The translations under genes and the position numbers were made by a program. The notes under the pieces are model-generated. The model did no database searches, had not been told where the DNA came from, and saw only the letters and a list, made by a program, of their open reading frames with translations. Positions 27,030 to 37,615 of a stretch of DNA of 64,000 bases are shown here, one piece after another (positions within the stretch are counted from its first letter, which is position 1; each line of letters opens with the position of its first letter). This DNA comes from Balamuthia mandrillaris (Eukaryota): the NCBI GenBank assembly GCA_031835245.2, contig JAVKOQ020000065.1, positions 124,001 through 188,000 on the forward strand, written 5' to 3'.

Positions 27030-27623
27030 TCACAACCAGAAAGCAAGGAGAGCAGCAGCCCCGGATAAGGTGGGCGAACTGTCGTCACCGCTGCCACTGT
27101 TGGAATTGTAGGCCACCATATCTCCTCCATCATAGGCGTTGCCATCGTATCCCACATTGCCCCCATCGTAGACAACATTGCCGCCATCATAGTCAATATC
27201 TCCTCCATCGTAAATATCATTTCCTCCGTCATAGTTGATGTCACCCCCATCATAAACCACATTACCGCCATCATAGTCGATATCTCCTCCATCGTAGACA
27301 ACATTGCCACCATCATATTCGATGTTACCACCATCGTAACGGATGTCATCACCGTCATAGTGAACCACAACAGGTCGACCTACATCGTAGCCAATGTCGC
27401 CGTCATCATAGTCATCATAACGGATGTCACCTCCATCGTACATCACGTTTCCTCCATCATACCTGATGTCACCACCATCGTAACCAATGTCTCCTCCATT
27501 GTAAGTCATAATGTCCCCATCGTAACTGACGTCACCGCCACCATAGTTCACATCCGCTCGTCCAGCCAGGGTTGTCGCTGCAAAGCAGGCCAACAGCCAA
27601 CAAAGCACAAGAGCTGTCTTCAT
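27030..27623 (-). CDS. Secreted YDGG-repeat protein, copy A (197 aa, most divergent)
   Basis: Intronless. Signal peptide MKTALVLCWLLACFAATTLA, then GRADVNYGGG, about 20 YDGG-type repeats and the tail SGAAALLAFWL. Confidence 0.85.
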   Translation of the reverse strand: MKTALVLCWLLACFAATTLAGRADVNYGGGDVSYDGDIMTYNGGDIGYDGGDIRYDGGNVMYDGGDIRYDDYDDGDIGYDVGRPVVVHYDGDDIRYDGGNIEYDGGNVVYDGGDIDYDGGNVVYDGGDINYDGGNDIYDGGDIDYDGGNVVYDGGNVGYDGNAYDGGDMVAYNSNSGSGDDSSPTLSGAAALLAFWL

Positions 27624-28024
27624 CGTTGCTGCCCCCAACAGGTTTGTCCCTTTTGTTTTTTTTTTTTTTTGTTCTTGGTTGTTTGTTATGAAATTGTTAG
27701 ATGTTTGCGTGTATTTTTTAAATAGCTGGCAAGTCTCTTTCTTATTTTGGGTGTTGGTCGTGTGACAAACTCTCTTCTGCACTTTTGCTTGATATTTCAT
27801 CTTGAAAAGTGGTAGAGAGGCTTTCGCGTTGTGATGTCCACAAACATGTTAATTCTCTTTTTTTTTTGATACACATATCCAGGCTAATAAGTCTCTGGGA
27901 GAATAAATTGACGTTCCAACGGAGGTTTCAGTACGTCCATGCGGAGATCTCTTGGAAAATATCTTAACTGAATGGGCGAGAGAAGAGAGAGGCCACAATC
28001 ATCCATTATGTTGCCGTTCTAGCA

Positions 28025-28064
<40 letters not shown>

Positions 28065-28073
28065 CTCTCTCTT

Positions 28074-28230
28074 AAAAAAATTTCCAGCGCTCTGAAAGCC
28101 AAAGGCAGTAAAGGCTCCGCTGCCACGCGGCACGGCGTTTCCCCGCCTACGATCTCGTTCACAAATCCGTGTTCGAGAAGTTTGACCACCCTTCCGAGAA
28201 CCCTAACAGCTCAGTCCTTTCAAACGTCAC
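28074..28230 (-). ncRNA. Candidate ~157-nt small RNA with a Pol III-like layout, family unknown
   Basis: TATATA (28256-28251) starts 26 nt upstream of a G at 28230. GC-rich hairpins (GGCG-gggaaa-CGCC, CCGC-gtggca-GCGG). Ends in a T7 run. Shares collinear motifs with 30112-30571. Confidence 0.35.
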
Positions 28231-28520
28231 TGTCTCTCACTCTTTTCCTCTATATATCCCCTTTTTAAAGGTTTGCGCAACGAAGGAGATTGCAAGGATC
28301 TTCGCACTTCTCTCCTCTTGCCATCCACAACCAAGCACCTAACGTGAGCGAGTTTAGAAGCAACATGACCTCGTGGCATTCGCTTATGGGTACGTTTTGA
28401 TTTTTTTTTTTAAAAAAACAAACCAACAAACAAAGAACAAAACATGTATCAAAAAAGAATTGGTAACATTTATTGACCACTTAAAAAAAAAGGTCAAACA
28501 CCATGTTCAGAGCAAAGCTT

Positions 28521-29639
28521 TTAGAACCAGAGCGCTGCCAGAGAAGCAGCAGAGGAGGCATCCTTATCGCCACTGTTGGAGTTGTAAGCCACCACATCGC
28601 CATCATAGGCGTTGCCGTCGTAGCCCACGTTGCCTCCATCGTAGACCACGTTGCCGCCATCATAGTCAATGTCTCCGCCGTCGTAGACCACGTTACCACC
28701 ATCGTAGCGGATGTCCCCTCCATCGTAACGGATATCACCACCATCATAACGAACGTCGCCACCGTCATAACCGACATTGCCACCATCGTAGCGGATATCG
28801 CCACCATCATAGCTGACCACATTGCCTCCATCATAACGAATGTCACCACCATCGTACATCACGTCCCCTCCATCATAACCATCGTAACGGATGTCACCTC
28901 CATCGTATCGAATGTCACCACCACCATAACGAACGTCACCGCCGTCGTAACGGATGTCACCACCGTCGTAGCCCACGTTGCCTCCATCGTACATCACGTT
29001 TCCTCCATCGTAGCCATCATAACGGATGTCCCCACCATCATAACGAACGTCACCGCCGTCATAACGCACATCACCACCATCATACACCACATTTCCTCCA
29101 TCGTAACCATCGTAGCGGATGTCCCCACCATCGTAAGTCACCACATTACCATCGTACCTGATATCGCCACCATCATAACGGATATCGCCACCATCGTAAC
29201 GAACGTCACCGCCATCATAGCTGACCACGTTGCCTCCATCATAACGGACATCTCCTCCATCATAACGGACATCACCTCCATCGTACCGGATGTCACCTCC
29301 GTCGTAGGTCACCACATTACCGTCATAGCGGATATCTCCTCCATCGTAGACCACGTTGCCGCCGTCATAACGAATGTCACCGCCATCGTAACGAACATCT
29401 CCTCCATCATAGCGCACATCACCACCATCGTAACGAACATCTCCACCATCATAGCGGATGTCACCTCCGTCATAAGTCATCACGTTGCCACCGTCGTAAC
29501 GCACATCACCGCCATCATAGGTGACGACATCGCCATCATAGCGGACATCGCCTCCACCATAGTTGACATCAGCCCTGCCAGCCAGAGAGGTGGCGGCCAA
29601 GAAGGCCAACCACAAGCACACCATCAGACCTGTCTTCAT
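28521..29639 (-). CDS. Secreted YDGG-repeat protein, copy B (372 aa)
   Basis: Intronless. Signal peptide MKTGLMVCLWLAFLAATSLA, heptad repeats D(V/I)RYDGG and NVVYDGG, tail GDKDASSAASLAALWF. Confidence 0.9.
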   Translation of the reverse strand: MKTGLMVCLWLAFLAATSLAGRADVNYGGGDVRYDGDVVTYDGGDVRYDGGNVMTYDGGDIRYDGGDVRYDGGDVRYDGGDVRYDGGDIRYDGGNVVYDGGDIRYDGNVVTYDGGDIRYDGGDVRYDGGDVRYDGGNVVSYDGGDVRYDGGDIRYDGGDIRYDGNVVTYDGGDIRYDGYDGGNVVYDGGDVRYDGGDVRYDGGDIRYDGYDGGNVMYDGGNVGYDGGDIRYDGGDVRYGGGDIRYDGGDIRYDGYDGGDVMYDGGDIRYDGGNVVSYDGGDIRYDGGNVGYDGGDVRYDGGDIRYDGGDIRYDGGNVVYDGGDIDYDGGNVVYDGGNVGYDGNAYDGDVVAYNSNSGDKDASSAASLAALWF

Positions 29640-29762
29640 CCTTGTTGTTCTTCTTGTTGTTCTCAGCAGCTTTGCTCTTCTTGTTTTGTGTTGTTGTGTT
29701 GTGTTGTTGCGGTGGTTGTTGTTGTTTGTGGAATGATGGAATTGGAGAATGAGTGGTGAGTG

Positions 29763-29769
29763 TTTTATA
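29763..29769 (-). promoter_or_regulatory. TATA box (TATAAAA) of YDGG copy B
   Basis: Lies in a promoter block conserved upstream of copies B, C, C' and B', followed by Inr-like TCATT motifs. Confidence 0.65.
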
Positions 29770-30111
29770 GTTGAAAGAGCGGTGCTCCATTTGGGTGTGG
29801 AGGAGTTGTGCGTTGGAAGGCTCTCCTTGAGTTGTTCATGAGATTCCAAGAAGAACAACCATGGAGGAGCCGAATAGGGTTAAATGGGGGAAGGCCATTG
29901 CTTGTTTTGTGTGAGATGTCCTTTGTATTGAAATGAAAGCAGTGTTTCTCTGTGAAAAACAAGGAATGGTTTGTGCGAAGACCTTTCATCTGCTTTCATC
30001 ATTGGAATGTGAAAGTGTCATTTCGACGAGATCGGTTGGAATGCTTGCTGAGCCGTCCCTGACATTTGGGAGGGTACCTTCGCTCATGCTCTCTTCTCTC
30101 TCCTCCATCTT

Positions 30112-30571
30112 GCGGAAGGTTGGTTCCACGAGCGGAGCTCGAGCCCTGTGCCCCCTCTGTGCTAGTCAGAGGTTTTGAGGGGTGAGTACGGAGTTGTTAC
30201 TTTGTTAAAATTGCGACAGTGGATTGGAGGAACTCCTTCGGAGAGAAAGAATCCACTTTTCGAGGAAGGGTGGTTTCTTGGGCGCTCTGAGAAGTGTATT
30301 CTTTGTGCGGGTTTTTCTGGAGTTTAGACGGACGTAGCTGGCGTTATGCTCAACGTGTGGGTGAGGTTCTTCCCGCGGGAACGTCCACCCACTGGCCCTC
30401 TCCGCACATCTCTGGAGATGCGTAGGTTCATTGAAGATAAGGCCAATGTGGAAAAGGCCCGTAGGTGCCTTTATTGAGTGTAATAAAGGCTCCTGAGGAG
30501 GGAGCGCGCTTCCATCAGCTTCTCTGTGAGGTCAGGGCTCGGCGGAGTGGAGAGTGGAACCACACTTTCGC
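30112..30571 (+). ncRNA. Candidate ~460-nt highly structured RNA or foldback element, family unknown
   Basis: Nested long-range stems (TGGTTCCAC/GTGGAACCA, CGAGCCCTG/CAGGGCTCG) enclose at least 6 hairpins. Mismatches read as G-U pairs on the + strand. Confidence 0.45.
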
Positions 30572-31104
30572 TCTTTCCTGATTTCTCTCCACAAAAGACA
30601 GACAGAACAGATGAAAGCAACGTATGTTGTCCTATGCTCGTTGTGGCCAATGACGAGTTCAAGCCTTATCAATTGGAGAATTATTACAGCAAGCAAGAGC
30701 AGAGCAAAAATAGAGAGTTCTCCTTCCTCAAAGACTTTGCCAGTACGTGTGTTCATCCACATTCATTCCTTATTTTTCACCACTGTGGTTGGAGCCTCAG
30801 AAATGATTTGTAAATAGGTACGAACGAAAGCAAAACCAAACCACAAGGGCATTGTGTGTTCGGTTTTTTGATGCTCTATCGCAAGCCACGACGATGGCAT
30901 CCTCGTGTCCAATGACTTTTCAAGTTTAGGCGCAGGTTTGTGTTGCCCTTCTAACAGCACTAAACAAAGCTGAAAAAAGACAAAAGACAGGGTAGGTGCC
31001 AACAAGCATTTTAAAACAAAGCTGTTATTCAAAAAGAGTTCAAAAAGCACAAAAGTAAAACGCCAGCGCTGTCGGAACCGAGATATCACTTACTCTCTGC
31101 CATC

Positions 31105-32121
31105 TCAAAACCAGAAAGCGTGCAGAGAAGCAGCAGAGCTCTTCTCACCACCACTGTTGGAATTGTAGGCCACCACGTTTCCATCATAGGCATTGCCGTC
31201 GTAGCCCACGTTCCCTCCATCGTAGACCACGTTGCCACCATCGTATCCATCATAGTCAATGTCCCCTCCATCGTAGACCACATTGCCACCATCGTAATCA
31301 ATGTCTCCTCCATCATAGCGGACATCACCACCATCATAGCGGACATCTCCACCATCATAGACGTTGCCTCCATCGTAACAACCAGCGTAGCCAACATCAC
31401 CACCATCGTAACGCACCTCCCCTCCATCATAGCGGATGTCACCTCCATCGTAAGTCACCACATTGCCTCCATCATAGCGAACGTCCCCTCCATCGTAACG
31501 AATGTCACCGCCATCATAGCGAACATCACCACCATCGTAGACCACGTTGCCGCCATCGTAACGAACATCTCCTCCATCGTATCGAACATCACCGCCATCG
31601 TAACGCACATCGCCACCATCATATCCATCATAGCGGATGTCACCGCCATCGTAACGAAAGTCACCACCATCGTAGATGTTGCCTCCATCGTATCCATCGT
31701 AGCGGATGTCATCTCCATCGTAACTCACCACGTTACCATCGTAACGGATATCACCTCCATCGTAAGTGACCACATTGCCTCCATCATAGCGTATGTCACC
31801 CCCATCGTAGACCACGTTGCCGCCATCGTAACGGACATCCCCTCCATCGTAACGGACATCTCCACCATCGTAACCAATGTCTCCTCCATCATAGCGCACA
31901 TCACCACCATCGTAACGCACATCTCCACCATCATAGCGGATGTCACCACCGTCATAAGTCATCACGTTGCCTCCGTCGTAACGCACATCACCGTCATCAT
32001 AGGTGACGACATCACCATCATAGCGGACATCGCCTCCACCATAGTTGACATCAGCCCTGCCAGCCAAAGAGGTGGCGGCCAAGAAGGCCAACCACAAGCA
32101 CACCATCAGACCTGTCTTCAT
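31105..32121 (-). CDS. Secreted YDGG-repeat protein, copy C (338 aa)
   Basis: Same signal peptide and repeats. Diagnostic YAGCYDGG unit. Tail GGEKSSAASLHAFWF. Confidence 0.9.
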   Translation of the reverse strand: MKTGLMVCLWLAFLAATSLAGRADVNYGGGDVRYDGDVVTYDDGDVRYDGGNVMTYDGGDIRYDGGDVRYDGGDVRYDGGDIGYDGGDVRYDGGDVRYDGGNVVYDGGDIRYDGGNVVTYDGGDIRYDGNVVSYDGDDIRYDGYDGGNIYDGGDFRYDGGDIRYDGYDGGDVRYDGGDVRYDGGDVRYDGGNVVYDGGDVRYDGGDIRYDGGDVRYDGGNVVTYDGGDIRYDGGEVRYDGGDVGYAGCYDGGNVYDGGDVRYDGGDVRYDGGDIDYDGGNVVYDGGDIDYDGYDGGNVVYDGGNVGYDGNAYDGNVVAYNSNSGGEKSSAASLHAFWF

Positions 32122-32267
32122 CCTTGTTGTTCTTCTTGTTGTTCTCAGCAGCTTTGCTCTTCTTGTTTTGTGTTGTTGTTGTTAGTGGAATGTTCTTCTT
32201 GTTGTCAGCCGGTTTGTTCTTCTTGTTTTGTGATTGTTGTGTTGTTGTGGCAATTGGAGAATGAGTG

Positions 32268-32274
32268 TTTTATA
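32268..32274 (-). promoter_or_regulatory. TATA box (TATAAAA) of YDGG copy C
   Basis: Same CAACTATAAAACAC context as the other copies. Confidence 0.6.
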
Positions 32275-32463
32275 GTTGAATGGGCGGTGCTCCATTTGGG
32301 TGTGGAGGGGTTGTGCGTTGGAAGTCTCTCCTTGAGTTGTTCATGAGATTCCGAGAAGAACAACCTTGAAGCAGAATATTGTTATTGACTGCGTTATATA
32401 AGTGTGCAGCGGTGTTGTTGTAACATGAAACGATTTGTCTCTTTCCATTTCAGCAATGGGGAT

Positions 32464-32498
<35 letters not shown>

Positions 32499-32530
32499 AG
32501 AGTTGGAAGCAGAGTTTTCTGTAAAGTTTG

Positions 32531-35500
32531 TTAAGAGGAAGTCTTTCGATCCAGCAATATAGAGACCAAGTTGCGGTCGTGATGCAAAACCGTTTTGACG
32601 CTCAACATCCCCAAGTACAAAGTGTAAAGCTCGTAACAACGAACGCCCCCTCGGCCTGCAAACTTTCGGCGGGTTATTTTGGTGTAGTATCGATGGTTTT
32701 GAGGAAGACGGGAAGGAAGGGTGCCACCCACGATGGCGCTGTCGGAGGAGAAGGGCAGCTCAAAGTCTTCCGTGTCTTCCATCCACAGTCTGTAGGAATA
32801 TTGGAATGCTCCTTTCTTCATCAGCATCGAATGATACCCTATTTTGTTTTTGTTTTTCTTGTTAACAAGAGAAGTACAGCGGAAACAGCGAAGAAAGATG
32901 AAAGAAGAACGGAGAAAGCATAACTGAAGCAGCGAATAATAAGAACGAGAACAAGAGAACGAGAAGAACAAGAATAATTACCTTCAGAGAGTCGTTCTTG
33001 GGACAGGTAAACCATGTCCCACACTTTTTCTTTGACTAACAGCTTTAAGCGAAGTGATTCATCCCGTCGACGTGTTTTGTACTCTCTGCCATGAAGGGCT
33101 GTTATGGGCGGTGCTATCACTCTATTGAACGTTCTGTCCACGAACAGGAAGTGGACCAAGCCTGGGAACTGATGCAAAAACCTTTGGATGTTTGTTTAAG
33201 GCCACGAGATAGCACCATTGTTAAATGAGAAAAGAAAACGAATCAAACGTGCAGAAGGAAAAACACTTACGACAAAACAGGCAAGTGGGTGTGTTCTTTG
33301 GTGATGAGATAAGTTGCATAATTGCGAATCATGGAACTCAACTGCTTCTTGATATTGTTCAAAGATCGCATCTCTTCTTCAGTGCCTTTGGCCACGTTAT
33401 TGCGAGTGCCATTGGCCATAACGATGACCAAAGTGATGGAACGAGCCAACTCCGCGCAGTAAACCCATCTGCTCTCATACTGCGGAACTCGCAGGTAAAG
33501 CGTTCGATAAATGGTCGAGTTTTCTGGGTTGAATGGCTGTTCCAGAGAAAATGGCGGAAAGGCCGTTTCTTCATCTCCAAATGTGTCTTCTTCTGGTTGT
33601 TGCTGCGTGTTGTGTTGTTGTGATGGTGATGGTGCTTGTTTTTGTCGTGGGGGAGGAGGAGGTTCACGATCAGGAGGAGGGCGGTGGTGATGCTGCGAAT
33701 TAAGATCAGAATCTGACTCTTGTTTTTCTACTTCTTCTTCCTGTTGTTGTTGATTGTGAAGGTGCAAAGATTTGAGTGTTGGAGCGTTGATTTCGGAGGA
33801 GCTCAAGTTGTTAGGTTTATGAGCTAAGTCGTGACGAGGTTGTGGTGGAGTGGCCACTGTATCCTCTTCATCAAGAACGGGGGTTGAGGGTCTGTTTCTA
33901 CTAAGTCCTATGCTCACACTTCGCTTTCTCTTAGGTTGAAGTACTGTTTCTTCATTTGAATCTGTCGAAGATGTTGGTTCATTTTGTTCTTTTATTGCTT
34001 CGGTTGGTGATCGTAGATGCTGTTGTTGATACTCTGGCGGAATATGTCGAGGAGGAGGTGGAGGGGGAGCTCGCTTCTCTCGGGTGGAAGTTGCTGTTGA
34101 TGATGATGCGGATTCAGGTGAGGAAGAAAGAGGAGAATTGAGAGATGGAGGATTGGAGGACTGTTTGTTGTGCAAAGAAATTAAAATGGTCAGAAGAGAA
34201 CACAACAAACAAAGCTTTAAAATGACAAGAAGATACCTCAGACGATAAAGTAGCGGTATCTGCTCTTTTCCAATCCGTCTTTGCAGCTGCGCCTGGTTGC
34301 CTGGTCGTGCTTGCGTTCGATCCAGCCACGTCTTCTTCTCGGTCTTGTTCATGTTCTTCTTCCTCTTGATCGTTTTTATGGAGATCTTCTTCTTCTTGCT
34401 CTTCTTGCTCTGATTGATCCTCCTCTTCGTTTAACGCTTGTTTGTCTTTGTCTCTGGTTCGATATTTGGAGAGAGGCGATGAAGAAGGAGTAGGAGGAGA
34501 ATATCTGCCGCGAAACGTTTCTTTGTTTCGTTCTACAAAATGTTGACGAACACGCTTCAACAAAGAAAGGGCAGTAGATATGTCTAACTCTCCAGTTGGG
34601 TGAACACCACAACTCTCTTGAAAAAGGATCAAAGCAAGCTTGTACTCTGCTGAGATGGAGTCGGTTTTGCCGGGATAGAACGATATGAGTTGCAGCATTT
34701 CCTGCAATAATATTATCTATTGAACAGAACGGTAAAGTGAGCAATCATACGATTGACGTCAGAAAGGAGAGAGCTAAAGTATTACGCCATCTCCGCTCAA
34801 TTCTTGCTCCTTATTCATGTGAGCCTCGAATAGTGTCAACAGGGCATGATCTCTGTCAGTAAGAAGCGGGTTCTCTTCCTCTGTCTGTTCTGTATCCTCA
34901 GCATAACTGGCATCATGCAACATGGCCAGCAGTTGAGTTTGGCAATCGTCTATTGATGCGGACACCGTTTTCTGACTGCGGGCAATGCTTTTTATCCTTC
35001 TGTACAACGCATGACACAGCATAGGATTGAGCAACCTGAAAGAATGTTCTTCCGTGTAACTCGATCGGCTTTGAAGGAACAAGAACGTAAACTGTTAGAA
35101 CAGAGGAGGGAAGAAAGAAATAGAGAAGAGAGTAGCAAGGGCGAGGGAGAAAGGAAATTACTCTTCCCAGGAGATTTCTTCAGATGCGGACACAAAGCCT
35201 TCGTCTCCAGACGGAGCGGAATGTCTGCGAGTCAAATGTGAGTAAGCGAAAGAGTAAAGAAAATAAATGACAAAGTTGAAGTCCAACCCAAACTCGGAGA
35301 GAGCGTCGCTGATCTTTCGTAAGTGCCCAAATTTCGGTGCGAAAGAAGGGCTATCACTGTAAAACTCCTTGTATGCATCCTCCGTTGTTCGTCTCGAACC
35401 TTGATGTTGCTGTTGTAGTTCTATTTCTGTTTGTTGCTGTTGTGATTGTTTCTCTGTTATAGAATTTGCTTCGATGAGAGAGGGAATGGGAGTGGAAGCA

Positions 35501-36997
35501 GAGGTGGAGGCAGAGGAAGAAGAGGAAGAAGAAGATGATGAAGAAATAAGAGAAGTAGAGACGGAAGGATCGACAATGCTGGGCGCTAAGGCAGACGAAG
35601 CAGTTATTAGGGTTGACGTTTCGGCAGCACTCCCTCCATAACCGTCTTTGAGAGAGCTGTGGTCAGTATAATCTGCCACTGGGAGTACCTTCTCGTTTAT
35701 GTTTCGTTCTATTTGATTCGATTGACGGAGATGAAGCAAAGGAGAAATGTGAGAAAGTAATTGCGGATGAAAAGAGAAAGGACGATGAAGAAAGGTAAGC
35801 GAAAGAATGAACAACTGGGAAAAAACAAATAAAAACCTTGAGGATGGAAAGTGGCTTTAAAATAGTTGATGAGCAAGAGGACATCAGTTGGGTCCAGCTC
35901 AGGCGTTTTGGGCTTGGAATAAGAGACAAGGAGTTTCGTGCCGACAAACAGTATGCCGTATGTAGCCAATGGCTCTTTCTTCATTGTTGCTTTGAGCTTT
36001 TTGAAACATTCTGTTCTAGTTTGGTCATCCACCTCTAACCGCTCGACCGCCTGATAGTTTTAAAGTTTAACCCAAACAAACAAAGAAACGAGAAGCAACA
36101 GAAAAAAGAAGAAAATAGCAGAGAAAGAAAGAATGAAAGAACGAAAAACGAAGCAAGAATGAAAGAAGGAAACGTACCCTAACGAGCATGCTTTGATGAG
36201 TATCGCTGAGGTTGCTGATGGCATCAACCATGTGCTGTATGGTTTTCCTGTGTTTCTTAAAGTGTTGTGACTTTGCTTCCACTATTGCCTTTGGTCCAAA
36301 CAACTAATATCGCATTTGATAAGAAAACCAATTTATAACTTGCGGGAGGAAGAAGAAGAAGAAGAAGAAGAAGAAGAAGAAGAAGAAGAAGAAGAAGAAG
36401 AAGAACAACAACAACAACAACAACAAGAAGAAGAAGCAGAAGAAGAAGCAGAAGAAGAAGAACAAGAACAAGAAGAAGAACAAGAAGATGATGTAGAAGA
36501 AGAAGAAGAAGAAGAACAAGAACAAGAAGAAGATGATGAAGAAGAACAAGAACAAGAACAAGAACAAGAACAAGAACAAGAAGAAGAACAAGAAGAAGAA
36601 CAAGAAGAAGAAGAACAAGAACAAGAACAAGAAGAAGAACAAGAAGACGCACCATAAGAAGCTGGTCAAAGATTTGCCGAAGCTGACTGCGCAGAAAGAT
36701 CTCAGACTCGCCTTGGTCACTCACCACCATAAAAGAAAGCTGCTCAAACTAGCCGCCCCAAACGTTGTTTTAATCGACAGAATGAGTGAGAGGAACCCCC
36801 CCCAAAAAAAAAAACAAGTAGCGCACCTGTTCCAAGACAAATCGGACGCTGCCACACGTCATGGAAGCGAACCGCTTGCCAAAGTTTTGCTTCATCATGA
36901 GGTTCGTGTTGACCAACAACAAGCACAGCATGGTGCCGTCCGGGTGATCCGAGTAGATGGGATTACCTCCCTCATCCGCTATCAAAAAGTACTTCAT
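32531..36997 (-). CDS. HPS1: HPS1-like longin protein (BLOC-3 subunit), multi-exon
   Basis: N-terminal longin-like MKYFLIADEGGNPIYS, GESEIFLRSQL, QSMLVRAVERLEV, ILFVGTKLLVSYS...LDPTDVLLL, FPGLVHFLFVDR, and C-terminal CYELYTLYLG. Confidence 0.8.
36349..36647. repeat. Compound (GAA)n/(CAAGAA)n microsatellite inside an HPS1 intron
   Basis: Seen directly. Bounded by the GT donor and AG acceptor of the minus-strand intron. Confidence 0.9.
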
Positions 36998-37310
36998 GCG
37001 TTTGTTTTCGAACGACTCAAAAAATACAACAACAAGCTGCTTCTACCCACAAGAAGACGTGGAAAAAGAAGAAGCAAAAACAAAAACAGGAACAGGAACA
37101 GGAAGTGAGAGAGGAAAAAGAAGAAGAAGAAGGGAAGATGAGTCCCGTCTTCGCAGTTGCTTTCCTGCTCTGCGTTTTTGTTGAACGATCTCTGCAGTGA
37201 TTGAACAATTGTTGTGTTCGTTTGTCGACAAAATAGTGATGTTGTTGCACTACTTGTTCACCAATTGTGTTGTATGTCGACATGAATTCATTCCTTCTTC
37301 GTCTGTGCTT

Positions 37311-37472
37311 CTTTTTCACCTTCTTCTTCTGCTTCTTTTTCTTCTTCTGCTTCTTTTTCTTTTTCTTTTTCTTCTTCTTCTTCTTCTTCTTCTGTTTGTT
37401 CTTCTGCTTCTTGTTCTTCTTGTTCTTCTTCTTCTTCTTCTTCTTCTTCTTCTTCTTCTTCTTCTTCTTCTG
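37311..37472. repeat. (TTC)n-rich microsatellite, intergenic
   Basis: Seen directly. Confidence 0.85.
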
Positions 37473-37615
37473 CTTATTCATTTTCATGCTGTGGTTAATC
37501 TTCATGTCGCTCCTCTATCTCTTCTGGTTTTTCTCCAGCGTTTATTTTGCCAATATTTTTTTTTATCGTTTCGTCCGTCTCCTTGCATGGAGGGATGACC
37601 ACAGCTGCTTTGCGT

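Larger units (their letters stand above)
28521..32365. repeat. Left arm of an inverted segmental duplication (genes B and C, spacer, promoter)
   Basis: Its reverse complement matches 38843-41973 in the genes, the spacer and the promoter sequence. Confidence 0.85.

Noticed and set aside
28199..28207. AACCCTAAC as a telomerase RNA template (+ strand)
   Set aside because: A single 9-mer with only ~55 nt before a T-run and no visible pseudoknot. Promoter and terminator cues fit the minus strand better.
28185..28230. Resemblance of the minus-strand 5' end to U6atac (GTG..GT.TGAAAGGA...GTTAG...AAGG.TGG)
   Set aside because: The essential AAGGAGA box and AGC triad are not intact, so it cannot be called without a covariance search.
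28384..28391. DUSE-like ACCCATAA on the minus strand (also 55501-55508)
   Set aside because: It lies ~155 nt from the proposed RNA start rather than ~60 nt, and an 8-mer can occur by chance.
28503..29759. Long antisense ORFs (Ile/Val/Thr-rich) over the YDGG genes; also 31120-32346, 39111-40037 and 40885-41547
   Set aside because: Antisense stops need in-frame TTA/CTA/TCA codons, which Y/D/G/V/I/R repeats lack. The signal peptide, TATA box and synonymous variation all support the YDGG strand.
29640..29858. N-terminal extensions of copies B (445-aa ORF) and A (256-aa ORF)
   Set aside because: They run through the TATA box and 5' UTR, and the paralogs start at MKT.
30200..30520. Group I intron (AATTGCG, GAAGATA) or hammerhead (CTGAGGA + stem) in the structured element
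   Set aside because: No canonical P7 GACUA/UAGUC pairing and no GAAA after the putative hammerhead stem II.
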